Assembly (NCBI RefSeq): GCF_964355755.1
Contig: NC_092677.1
Coordinates: 18,746,101 to 18,810,100, forward strand
Length of the DNA: 64,000 bases
Direction of reading: 5' to 3'
Origin: Antedon mediterranea
Taxonomy: Eukaryota > Animalia > Echinodermata
The position numbers were made by a program, and so were the translations under genes. Each line of letters begins with the position of its first letter. Within the stretch, counting starts at the first letter, position 1. This document shows, piece after piece, positions 1-14,000 of this stretch. The notes below the pieces were generated by a model, which was given only the letters and a program-made list of their open reading frames with translations, made no database searches and was not told the DNA's origin.

Positions 1-88
1 TGTCCGCGCAACCCTGCCTATATGCACGAAAAGTGTCGAAAGAGCTGCCGTAGATGTGACTGGCACATTAAAACTGTGTCAATGAAGG
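1..88 (+). CDS. ShK exon A (partial): CPRNPAYMHEKCRKSCRRCDWHIKTVSMK
   Basis: C-terminal half of an ShK domain; phase-1 donor GTAAGA at 89. Confidence 0.88.
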
Positions 89-3000
89 GTAAGACGCAGA
101 ATCTTGACGTAATTTGCAACTTATCGTGAACTGACGCGCATGTGTAAATGGAATATTACTTAGCTAGGGAAGTAGACCTAGATTAGTTGAAGATGCGATG
201 GAATCTGCTCGTCTAAGGAAATCCCACTTAAAAACAACATTCGCACGTCTTTTGCAGATTTGACAGCAGGAAAAAAATGGTCGTCACGAATGTACAGTAT
301 TCTTTATAATTAGATTTTCCAATTTCTCAAGGGATTTCATTAGCCTCAGTAATGTTCCAGCTGATACAAGAACTTATTAAGAAAAAACACAACATTAGTT
401 ACATCCGAATGAGTCACTTTGTAATAGACAATGTTTTGCAAATGTCTCGCAGATGGCCGTCACATTAGGAAAATGCAATTCTATTCCAACTTCATTATCA
501 AAAAACTTAACACAAATTAATTTTCTAAATTGAATGAACAACACATTATATTATTAGTATACATTGCCTAGATTCGTTTACACTATACGCTATTATGTTA
601 GTGCACTTTCACGACTAGAGCATGCCTTATAACGAACACTCCTGTCTTCAGACTGTAGGGATTATCACCCAAATTGCGAACGTTGGGCAAAAACTGGAGA
701 ATGCCACGTAAATAAATGGATGCTCGGCTACTGTAAACTAAGCTGCCAGCACTGCGCAGAAGACTTGAAGAAGAACTTATTCCCACTACCAGACAGTGAC
801 AAGATGAATTGGAAGAACGATGTAGGGGGACTGGTGTCGAAGGTCAACGGAGCTAAAGATGAAAAGAAAACATATGATCCAAAAGGTACAAAGTCTTGAA
901 GAACGCTACACGCCTGATCATAACTCTTCTCCTGCAATTCTTCGTACTAAATGCCTGAATCAACGGTCTTGAGATCTTACTCAGAAGCCTGCTTCGTCTT
1001 CTTGTCTGGATACCTGCCGCATATTATTAGACACACTGCATGTTTGCATCGATTCACAAATTCATCATGCACTATCACAATATCAATAATAGTTATTAAC
1101 TTCATTTTCAATTTTAATAAATTCATCTCTAACCTTGTTTGTGTCCAAATATATCATATCACACTAATGTTGTATTGTGTGCCAAGTTAATGTTTGTCAG
1201 TAGGCTTGCATTAATTCGGCTATTATGCGATTTGGAGTTTACAATAATGAATAGCGAATGCTCAAGTAGCTTCCTTTATTTACTTATTCATTCATTCGTT
1301 TGTATATTTATTCATTTATTTATCGTTCTTCACAAAAACAGTAGTAGTAGTTTAATTATTAAATATCAGTTTGAAGATCCTTTTTTAAAGAAATAAATGA
1401 GCTATGATAATAATGTAGAGTTCAATATGCGTTCAATTAAATGAGGCGTTAATTTTGATAATTATTTTAAAGGCCAGGTGCGGGCAAACAAATTCTATTG
1501 ATCATACATTCCAATAATTATCGATCTATAGTTTCCCCTATGTTTGATAATTTTTTGGATTTTATTTGTGTTACTTGAGCTTGTTAAGAATAAGCACTTT
1601 CTTATCAGTTCCAATTACACAGTAAAATCTCTATTCTTTTGTACACAAATTTTGTAAAAAGATAGGCATTTTAAAAAGCTATGAAAAATAAACGGTGTGG
1701 TAAAAAATGTTATCAGATGACTAAATATAGGTAATATAACTTGAATTTTACATTTCTGGTATTTTTATTCAACTTCAGATTTTTATTTTTTTTATGCTAT
1801 AGCAGAAATTATCCACCGTATATCCACCATCTTTTTTCATCTTCTATGGAGTCACTAGACATGTTATTACATTAGGTTAAAGTACCTAACTACTGAAAAA
1901 AAGTCTTCCTGGTTTTTATAGCAGAATTTTGCCAAATTTTGTATTTGACCATATTAAGGGAAATTCATGTTTTTTCGTTCTGATTTCTGTTACAAATATT
2001 TGATTTATGTACAATTAACCAGATATTATTTTTTTAAATACATGCCTGTAGCTGAGCTTTAAATTATATGTGTGTTATATTACTTTAAATCCGAAAAGTG
2101 CTTGATCGGGAATGTTGGTTTGTGAGTTCCACTTTCCCTCTACAAAGAAATGCAACTTTAACCTACCAATAATATAGTAATAATAATCATTGAGAGTAGG
2201 TATTATGCGAACAGGCCGACCACCCAAATGAAAACTAGAACGGAGATCATAAGATTGTATGAAGGAATTATTCTTCATCCATGGTATTTAAGATCGGTTT
2301 GGAATATACATGGATATGGAACAAGTGAACACAATTATATGCAACACGTCAACTAACTTTATAAAGCAACAATCTTTTGCAAACCACGCTTAAGAAATCT
2401 TTGTTTACCATTTGAAAAAGTTTGTTGAAAGATGTATTGTTCCAAAAAGCATGAAAACTAAAGATAAAGAATTTCATAATTTGAATGGGCCATTTTGCAG
2501 TTTTAATAAAGTTATTCACTTCCATAGAAAAATAATAAAATATAATGATTTCAGACAATAAAGGGTTAGCAATTTGAATTTTTTTTTTGCTTTAAATTAC
2601 ACTTTTTCAGGTAAATAATTTGTTTTTCAATCCAATCTTGGTGAATAACTACTATGTAATTAAAATGGCTTAAATGGCTAAATGACTTATATCAATTTGT
2701 TACAGTGATGATAATCGACTTACTGATTTTAAACTAATGAATAAATGAAAATTGCATTCAACATTTTAACCACATTTAAATGCAACACAAAATATAATCA
2801 GTCAAATATGCATAATTATGATATTTTGAATTGAAATGTGTCGTATGCATCGCATTACTTAAAGCGCATGTTAATATTTTTTAATCTGATATTTTTCTCA
2901 CAGAACAACAGTTTACAGCTTGTAAAATGGGGGAAAGAACAAACTATGGAATTGAACGAAAGAAATATGTTTTCAATTAAATGTTTGCATTGTATTATTA

Positions 3001-6000
3001 TATTGACAAAAAGAAGCGTCATATGATTAGTTATAAACAAGTAATCGTTAACTTTGTCTCATGATAAATAACTGATATTAATATTGTTGCTAGGCTGCAG
3101 GGATAAAAACAAAAAGTGTGCAACATGGGCCAAACAAGGAGAATGTAAAGACAATCAAGGATGGATGCACAATAACTGTCCAGTTAGTTGTGACACGTGT
3201 GGAATTCCCGACCCAACAATTGGTAAGTAATGTTGTGGTTTATTACAATTTAAAATTTTCAACAGTACTGCTAAAAAATAAGGTACATTATAAAACAAAA
3301 AAAAGTTTCTTCTGGCTAACCAGCTAGAGTTTTTTCAGTTGATATGTTGTTAGGGTGACGGTTTCCATTTCGTAAAAATGAAGAAGGCGTCGTTTTATAA
3401 ATAATGGAAAAATCGCATAAAGAATTGAACGGAGCTGGTGCGAAAATGCTTTTATTGTGGATAAGCAAATGAACAAGTGGAGGATGTTGATGATGTCTTA
3501 ATTTTGTTGATTCTCACTTAAGTTGTCAAATGTGATATGGTTTATCTTACGTGAAGGCACGTATGGAGTATACAAAACGTTTACACACACCGTGTGCACA
3601 CCATAACACTGGTGTGTCTGTGTAGACTCCGGAGTTTGCTAGACGATGTAAAATGAGTATTGTATTGCAGCTAACCCAGTTGAACAATTCTTAAACTGCC
3701 TTATACGATCTCAAAGTTAATTTCTTCTTACACTACTAGTGACATTAGTAATTCTTCCTTCCGAATCATCTCTCATTGATTCCTTAAATAAAATCAGATA
3801 AAATGTCATATTTCACTATCATTAGGATGCGCTATACAGTACTACCATTAAGATTATGACTAGCCAATTTAAAGTTATTCATTTTGATCACATTAATAAT
3901 TTCATAATGATAACTGGAATTTAAAGTATTTCATTCGAGTAATCCTGTCCAATTCTCAGTGCTGCATCTTCTATACATAAAATATTTGTTCAGTATCATG
4001 GGAAATGTTGGCAACATCATGTGTATCACATGTAGGATAAGGGTTAAGTTATGTATATGATACTATTTGGTCAGATGTTTGCCCTACTCAGACAAGAATT
4101 CACAATTTACTTACACATTCAACACCCTGACGCAAAGCTACAGTAGTTCCAAGCAATTGCAATCATGTTGGTGCAGTACCCGCTGCTTACTAGGGTTTTA
4201 ATCTAATATAACCCCTAGCCATCAGCGCAGGCTCGGTGGTTTAGAGGTTTGAAAGCCAGGCCGTGGCCGATCTGGAGTCCGTGGGTTCGAGTCTCACCCC
4301 ATAATTTCTTACGTCAGAGTAGGGAAAACATTTTGACCAATTACTCAAAAACCCTGACGCAAAGCTACTAGTTACAAATATTTAAATCATGATATGATAC
4401 TAGGATGGGAAACACAATTGTTTATGTTGTACAGTATTACCAAATATTCTTGATACCAGAGAAATCGGGAATCGGGCGGTAATTCTATAGTTTTTAACTT
4501 GAAGGTGGCGAGTTGCACGATAGCATTTATGTGTTGTGTTTGTTTGTTTTTGAGGTGTTATAGCATCCACCAGGAAACACGAATTAAGTAAACAATAATC
4601 ATATGATTAAAAAACGCCGATAAAAATAACTACAGCCTTACCATGTAAAACACTGCAAAAAGTTTTGTTGTATGGTTAATTTCCTTTTATTAAACTATTT
4701 ATTTTTTTTCAACAGCTTGTGAAGATAGACATAGTAGGTGTTTAGAATGGGCAAAGGATGGCAATTGTATGACAAACCAAGAATACATGAAGAAAACATG
4801 TCCTTCCAGTTGTATGGTGTGCAAAACGGACATCTTTCCTATGGGTTAGTATGACAATTGGTTAATTGTGTAGCATGCAACAACAGCCAGCAGTATCGTG
4901 TCAGCTAACGGTGACTTTTGTTAGTGTTACCTGTGTAAGTTAATGTTAGGTATGAATGTTCCCTGTTGCCGACAGCAGACACGATACTGCACTTATCAAT
5001 TGATAATTCGCGCAGAAAGTACGTTGTTCGGTGGTAATATAGGCCTATACTAGGAACTCATTATATACACGAGCTTTGACTACAATGGTACACACAAGGA
5101 AATATAAAGAACATCGAGTTTTTTATCATCACTATACCGTATGATTCATGTAGGCTACACAGAAAGTTCTCAAAAATCTAAATCATCAAAGTACAAGTCT
5201 TCATAAAAATGTCATGTAAACTCATCTTTCATCAAGCATTGCTTTATAAATTAATATTGATAGAGATCAATCTATACGTATATATTATGGAACTGGTACT
5301 TATTATACCTAACTTTATTTTTCTATCCGTGTGAATGTACCTCAATAAAGCTCTCTCGCCTAATCGGTATGAAATTTTCTAGATAAGCCGTGAAAAACAC
5401 GTTATTATTATTACCCACTATTAATGCAAAAAAACTAGCGTGGATTCATCTTAATACGAAAAAAAAATAGAACTTCTTGTCTTAACTTTCTACTCGTATT
5501 TTTTCCTTCTAATCGGTGTTAAAATATTCGCGTCGCTTCTTCAGTGTGCTTTTCACATAAAGTGTCTGGAGGTACTCTGTATTAAGGTTTATAATCCTCA
5601 AAAGACCACATTTCTGTTCTGTTTAATGTACTAAAGAAAATCTCTCAGGATTGGAATACTATTTCCATCCTGTAAGTTGCGTGTTATTCAATGTCTCTTC
5701 TAGATATTTTGGAGCCTTATTTACTGGCACTCTAGGTCACCTCCCCAGGCCTGGGAAGTTAGGGCACTGGGGGAATTTCCCCATTTCCAATTTGGCAGGA
5801 GATAATCTAGAGCAACAGTTAACTTTAATCATACCGAGGTTGACGATAAATAAAATTAAGTGTGTTTACGTTTTACGGAAAGATAAGTTCATGATTAAAA
5901 TATGATAGTGACAGACGTAAATCTGAGTTGTTGATAAATCGAATTCTTCAGGATTTTAGCTTCAGATGAACTACGGTAATGTACTAAATGTAGCTATAAT

Positions 6001-7968
6001 GGAATGGAAATAAGACTATTGAATCAGAAAAACCATTTTAAATTGTGACTCAATGTGAACCCTTGAGGTAAAATAAATATACATTTTAAAACATTGCTGT
6101 TATAGGGTTAAACGAAAAAGAACAATATACACTTTAGAAGAATGAATGCTTTGCGGTGTATATAAAGATTTTCGGATGAGGCAGTTCAATCCTTCCTGAA
6201 CACACTGGAAGGATTGAATAATATCTTAAGTAATACAATGATTAATACACAATTAGACCAATAATGGAACATCGTATTTGAGCCACGTATATCCGAATTT
6301 GGTATGTTAGGGTTAAGAAAGACAATCGATTAAATTACTACACTAGTTATTAGTTACTCATTCATTCATTGCAGATAGAACATTCATATAATAAAACACA
6401 CAAAACAAATTCAACCAGAAAATCAACCTCTTCCACAATCACAACCTAAATATAGATTTGACTTCAATTTAATTCAATTCAATTCATTTATTCTCCAGAA
6501 GACATATAATACATATAATACAAACAACGCTGATGAATGTTGTATACAATTAAGTTTAAAAGAATGTTCAAGAAGGTTTCTGGTTTATGTTGTCCAATTT
6601 CCAGGTTTACTTTAGTTCTGTGACTTGCACTACCTTAAAAGGAAGCCATCGTTACCTGTTAAATTAGATCAGATTACCACGGGTCGGTTTAAGATCGAAT
6701 TAATCGTAAATGGCATTTAATCTGTGTTTTCCTGTTCGGCAAATATCAGTGGGTGTGATGATAGGTAATGGACCGATTTATTCGACTATAGACAATTAGT
6801 TTAAACTAATTGCTCCTTGATTCAATCACATTGGCACAGAAAGGGTTAATAAGAACCCGTGGGCCTAATGGTTAAAATGTATTTCTCTTAAACCGAAGTC
6901 TTAAGGCCTAACATTGTCTACACTATCAAAATAGTTTGAAAAAAAGTGTGATGTGCCCAAATATGGTATGCCCAAATATGGTATGATATGACATCATTAT
7001 ATATAAATATACATATGTGCACATCAGATAAAGTTTGATAGTGTAGACAGAGATTTAGTGCGGTGGTTATAGTATATCCCACACATATTGAATTATATAT
7101 TTCAATATAATTTCAAACTGTGGTGTTGTTGTGCTGCGGTTGTCATTTCTTAAGGTATCACATGGTATTACTGGAGGTTTTTGGTTAGATTTACTGTAGA
7201 CTTTACAATTTGTGGAAGTTTTTTCAAATATTTGTGCGCTTTGTTTTTTTGTTTCGTAAAGCATACATCGCATTCTATGACAAGCGTTTATTAAAAAGAA
7301 TATGCTTACTTGAAGTATCGGTAACCCTAATTCTTTTAATAAAATGTTTTCTTTCTGTCTTAAATTCAATCACCATTGTATACAAAACATAATTGTAAAT
7401 TATCATTTAATCAATTTAATTATTAGAGTGTGCAGACCGACATTCATATTGTAGCCAATGGGCAGAGAGTGGACAATGCGAAGGCACAATTGGATGGATG
7501 AGATTACATTGCCCGGTCAGTTGTAATGCTTGTGTAGTAGCTGGAACAAATATCCGTAGGTGGTTCATACTTTCTTTAGTTTAAGTTGGTGAGTATTTCG
7601 GAAATCAGCGATGCTGACTTCTGTCAACTTAGGTTGTTATAAACCAGGGAAAAGTAAAGTAATCACATTTTCCTGATTGTAAACCAAATACAAAACAAAG
7701 ATACTGTACTACTGAGTGTGCCAATACATGTTATGTTAAATCAACAACACTTCACATGAAGCTGGTTTACGCAACGCAAGGACGTAAACACGAATCTCAA
7801 GCGAATTGACCAATCAGAAACGACAGTGATGATGACCCATCACTTGTGATTGGTCAACTCATTTACGTTGCGTTTATATCCCTGCGGTGTATCTCTAGTA
7901 GGAAACAATCAGTTAAAAATGTAATTGGTTATCCGCTCTTGGCGGATAACCCCTTGTTATTGTCAGGA

Positions 7969-8003
<35 letters not shown>

Positions 8004-11000
8004 CTATGTTATTCTTCTTTCTTTCCCTGAATTTTGTTGGCAGCGTATCTCTAATTCTGGCAAACAGAAGATTGTGTAACTTTTTCATAAGATTGACCTG
8101 TAGCTGTAGATGTGCAGGACGTTTCGTTTTTTGACTTTAGAGTCGCGCAGCGTAAGTTACGCGCGATTTTGTGAATTTTGCGTATTTAACATAGATTGAA
8201 AACCAAAAAGCAATTTTAATTGAAACTTGGCAAAAGTGTAATTTATATCATGCGCTAACTTTCTATGGATTTAAAATGGCAGTTTTCCAAAAAGTTACGC
8301 GCGCACGCGCGTTTAAAATTTCAAAATGCGAAAAATCATTTTCTAATCAACTTTCTACGCGTTTCAGGTCATTTTGAGCATTTCAAAAATTCCCACGCGT
8401 GCGCAATTTTTTTACGCGCGCGTGCGCACGTAGCGCAAAAACATCTTTTTTTTGCTTGATTTTTGTTTTTCCTATCTTTTTTAGTAAATTTACCAACTTT
8501 CAAACAATTTCGACTTAAAATCACCTCATACGAGCACGTAGAATTGAACAATTTGCGCGCGTTTTTGATGAAAAAGTTCAAAAATTCATGAAAATTATGC
8601 CTTTTTTAAAACAGTCATAGATTATAAACTACGAGGTGAACTTTTTTTAAATTACACATTCTGGAAGTTGATGAGTTGCAGATATCGAATCATGCATTGA
8701 TATGGCTAACAGGACATAGTGACGTCATCGTATGGCCACTCAAATATAAAATATAGGATTTTTGTCTCTTTCGTCATAGCTCATCACATTTAATAGAGCG
8801 CATCTCCACTTATCCTAATTCCATTTCCCCCCATTTTTTTATATTGTCTATGCCAATCAATTATCTTTCGCATGATATACCGTTTTTAAAATTGTGATGA
8901 CGTCATCATGTCCAAAAGCGTCAATAACTTGGGCCACTTATTTTCACATATTCTTCACTGTATGTAGTACGTATACAATATATAGTGTATACTGTGTATA
9001 CTTAGACGTGACGTAAAATAGAGAGCGCACTAACATTTTTTCAATGGCATAATGGTTTTCTCTGCGCAATATTCTAACGTATGACGTGCACGTGGCGTTT
9101 GCTCTGCGGATAACCTAACTCGTCCGTAGTGACGAGTTCAAATCTAGTTGTATATTACTTTTCTTGGCTACTGTTAATTGTTTCGTATAACGCTAAAACT
9201 ATTTTTGTTAGTTTAACGGTCCCTTCCTTATCAAATCCTTCAGCTCAAGAATCATTCAGCTCCTCATCTAAATAACAGGATCATGGTTGTTCCGTCGTGT
9301 AAACTGCGACTGGAGTTTTAAACTGAAATTGTTATAATGGCAAACTTAAAGATGTATTGTCCCTTTGACTAATTCCAAAAAAATAAAAAATAATAGATTT
9401 CGAAAAAAGGTGGGTCATTTTGAAGTATCATAATAATTATTAACTATCACCAAATATTTTTCGAAAAAAAAAAAATTTAACTGAAATACAGACGGTTTTT
9501 TGTTTAAAAAATTACTTTGACTTCCAGTCAAAGTTTTCAATCAAAACATATCCCATAATGAAACGCGCCTGTTTGGCTACTCTGTATGCATAATCATAAA
9601 ACTTCCTCATGATCTGTGTGAAAATACCTTCTTAACCGTGACAAGTTGTAAACAATCCTAATTTAGCATATGCATAATGCGTACTCATGGTTTGAAATCT
9701 TTGTTTACTTTCGCTCATGACGATTTTCCAGATGAAATGTAATCAAACTAATTTACCTGTTAATTACGTAAACTTGTTGTTTTTGGCTCAAATTTTCGAC
9801 TTAAAGTGAATAACTTTAATATTAATTTGATATGGCCACTTTAAATTTAGAATATTTTGACCTTCATTTTTTTGTGTTTCAAGGGACAATACATCTTTAA
9901 GACAGAGTGAAAGTTTACTGTCAATATAGATAATAGTGTACAGTAGTAAATCAATTCTAGACGCTGAACTGATTTTGTTTTGTAATTGTATTTTTTCATA
10001 CGATTTTTACATACATTCTTGATTTGTTTTAAAATTGACTAGGATGCACTGATTCTGACAAGAAGTGTACAGAATGGGCAAAAAATGGGGAGTGCACAAA
10101 CAACCCAGACTGGATGGTTCGCAAATGCAAGTTAAGTTGCAAGCAATGCGTCACAGATAACTATGCCCTTTCATTGCCAGATCCGTCACCTACGCCTCAC
10201 GACATTGGTAAGTTCAGCAGTTACTTCACTTTCCACTGTTAGGAAAAGTGTAGAGGGGTTATTATTTCGGTGTACTGTACATCGTTGTGGACAAACGGAT
10301 GAGCGATGTTTGGTAGTAGCTCACGAAAAGAAGGGAAGACCGCAAAACAAGGATCAGCACAGTATAAATGGAAGATGTTATACTGACCTTACGATAATCC
10401 CATGTAACTAGTGTAATGAATGTTGCCAAAATTATTGAAAACGTGTTTCATTCATTTCAACATAAAACAATCAGCAAAGTTATTCAAATATTAAAAGTTA
10501 AAAAACAGCATCTGTAACGTTTTAATTTTGTTAAACCTTATTGTTAAAGTTTCTTTTTTTTAAATAACAGTATTTTCTCATGTACATTTTCTCCATAATC
10601 AAAAAAAGTTTAATTTGTTTAACGCAAACATTATTCCCTAGAAACAGAATGATAATGTATATATTTCATATTTTTATTTTTACGCGAAGGGAAACTATGT
10701 TTAAATATGTTAAGAATGTCTACAATTATAATTATATATATTAAATTTCAAGCAAACAACATTAATGTTCTGTACGGTCAAGACTTTTGTAAAAAAAAAA
10801 CACGCCCGAAAGCTCAATCAAAATCCTTAGTTATTAAAAGTATCACCTGAACTTATTAGTAGTTTAATTTGAACATAAATAATTTGGCTGACATTTCACA
10901 TCGTGAATCAAACTAAATGAACTTGTCTCTGTTGCTTTCCTTTGAAACATAATTGTCTACAATTCTTTCTTGGCTTAGACCTACTACTCATGTTGTTATT

Positions 11001-14000
11001 ATTTCAGACTGTGAGGATACAACACATAAATGTGTTGGCTGGGCAAAGAAAGGAGACTGTGAGAAGAACCCAAAATGGATGAAGCCAAACTGCCCTCTAA
11101 GTTGTAACAGTTGTAGTATTATTCCAACACTTGTAGCAGGTATTAGGAATAATATTGTAATGATTGTAACCATTTATTTAATAATAGTTTTAATATTATT
11201 TAACACCTTTGATGGGAAACGTTGACAAAAAACAACCAAACAAATTGTACTAAAAAAATCAAAAAGTAAATTTTAAACAATTATCTACTGGTACTTTTAT
11301 TTGTGGCGTCCAACACAAAAATGATTTTCTTGATAGAATGAGTATTTTCCAGAGTGATAGTATTATCTGACAATTATATAACAAACTCCGTCATTATTCT
11401 TAATTCTGAACAAATAAAGCTCGAAATATAGAATCATAATGGATTGCCTTCCTCTAGTGGATCCTCTGGTATAGTATTATGTGTAGAGAAAAAATTATAT
11501 TTTATTCAAACAATGAACTTCAAGCATTTCCTTTGTTCATAAATGCTAATTCAACAATTGGCAACAGTTTGTACAATATAATTATTTGGCCTGCATCGTA
11601 AATAAACAGTTCAAAAACAATCTTATGATATATTTTACTCCTGTTAATCAATGTTAATATAAGAAGGCAGTACAGTTTTTAAATAAATAAAAATCAACAC
11701 ACATACTTCTTACATAAAATTATGACAAAAATACACATTTTATTTGGTAACACAGAATTTGAAATAAATTCCATCATTAAATATCTTTATTTTGGAAAGG
11801 CATAGTGTATCGCAAACCTGACTTTCGTATCTTGTGTTTATTCTCCATAAATGTTATGTTTCCTTAAAGGTTGTAGGGATGTACAGAGGAAATGCCCAAT
11901 GTGGGCAGAGAAGGGCGACTGTCTAACCAACCCTAATTTCATGTTTCCAAACTGCCCATTGAGCTGCAATAGCTGCAATGATACAAGCTATGATCCAGGT
12001 AATAATGAGAAAGAGGTACAGACAATGAATGAAATGATGGTAATGTTGATAATGAGAAAGAGGTGCAAAGGAAGAATGGAATGATGGTAATGTTGATAAT
12101 GAGAAAGAGGTGCAAAGGAAGAATGGAATGATGGTAATGTTGATAATGAGAAAGAGATGCAAAGGAAGAATGTAATGATGGTAATGTTGATAATGAGAAA
12201 GAGGTGCAAAGGAAGAATGGAATGATGGTAATGTTGATAATGAAAAAAAGGTGCAAAGGAAGAATGGAATGATGGTAATGTTGATAATGAAAAAAAGGTG
12301 CAAAGGAAGAATGGAATGATGGTAATGTTGATAATGAAAAAAAGGTGCAAAGGAAGAATGGAATGATGGTAATGTTGATAATGAGAAAGAGGTGCAAAGG
12401 AAGAATGGAATGATGGTAATGTTGATAATGAAAAAAAGGTGCAAAGGAAGAATGGAATGATGGTAATGTTGATAATGAGAAAGAGGTGCAAAGGAAGAAT
12501 GGAATGATGGTAATGTTGATAATGAAAAAAAGGTGCAAAGGAAGAATGTAATGATGGTAATGTTGATAATGAGAAAGAGGTGCAAAGGAATGAAATGATG
12601 GTAGAGAAAAGGCTGCAGACAATTAATGAAATGATGATGATTTTGATAGAGAAATGGCTGCAGACAATGAATGGAATTATGGGAAGGTTGAAAATGAGAA
12701 AAAGGTACAGAGGAGGAATGAAATGATGATAATGTGAAAAGGGTACAGACAGTAAATGAAATTATTGTAATGTTGATAATGGGAAAAATTGGTGCAGAGA
12801 AGGAATAAAATGCTGGTGATAATGAAATCTTCATAATAGTTATTGTAAAAATGATGAAGATGCTGAGGATAATTAAGAGAATAGAAAAGGGACAAATAAT
12901 TTCTACTGAACTACACAATAAACAATGTTAGTAGTATAGTGTTGTATTTGTGATACAAGTTCCTTTAAATTAAAGTAAGTAAAAACATTTATATTTAACT
13001 CAGGTTGTATTGACAAAACTAGACGATGTAAGGCCTTATCTGACAAAGGTGATTGCCAATCAAATAGAAAATGGATGAAGAAGAACTGTCCTCTTACATG
13101 TAATACTTGTACAGATGTTAAAGGGAAAGCTTCTAAGCCGAGTAAGTTTTTAGAAACAATAAATTGTTGTAAACCACTCTATACTTTGGTATATTTCATA
13201 TTTATATACATATAAGTAAAATATATTCAATAAAATCAAATCCTACTTTCTTTCGTTCTTTTTTATTTTGAAACATTATGCTTAAACCAATTTGTAGTAA
13301 ATTAGACTAGTAATAAATCTCTTAGATGGCTCAATAATTTCATGAGCCAAACACTGGTCAGAAGAGAAGGTTTGTGGAACATAACACAAGCATTAAGGCC
13401 CGATACTTGTTAATCCATGTTGATAGTTGGTGCTTGGAAGTTGGAATGTCAATGAGAGTTCAACTTTTCTAATTTAATTAATTTTTGTCCATAATCATCA
13501 ATGAGGAAATCTTCAAAGATTTGTGGAACCACACGTTCTTGTGTACACTGACATTCTCATGATAATTGCCTTTGGCAAAGCACTTGCCCATCCTTGTTCA
13601 GGACATGGGTATACTTAACACACTGCTAGTCATTATTCCATTCCCATGTGGCATGTGTTTTTTCAGAGACTAATTACTATTTACAAGTTAATTGAAGACG
13701 ACTCAGACAAGTATCAGATACTTATAGACAGTTTCTTTTTTCTTTGAAAGTTTCTTCACTATAGTGGACAGTAGTAGAACATGTAACAGGGTTGAACAGC
13801 TTCACTGAAATGAATCACCAAGTATAATTAATTAATATACTTTCTTTACCTTAATCCCATTATATACAATTACTGTATCATCTAGAGTGTAGAGCAAACA
13901 CAACTACTTTACTATAAAGTTTATGTTCAGTTCCATGCTAGTTACTGGTATCTAGTGTATATATATTGCATATTATCAAAAATAATTTAATATTATTTAC

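Noticed and set aside
11923-12918. Long minus-strand ORFs (331, 227 and 167 aa)
   Set aside because: Stop-free by-products of the 47-bp purine-rich minisatellite; periodic low-complexity translation in all three frames.
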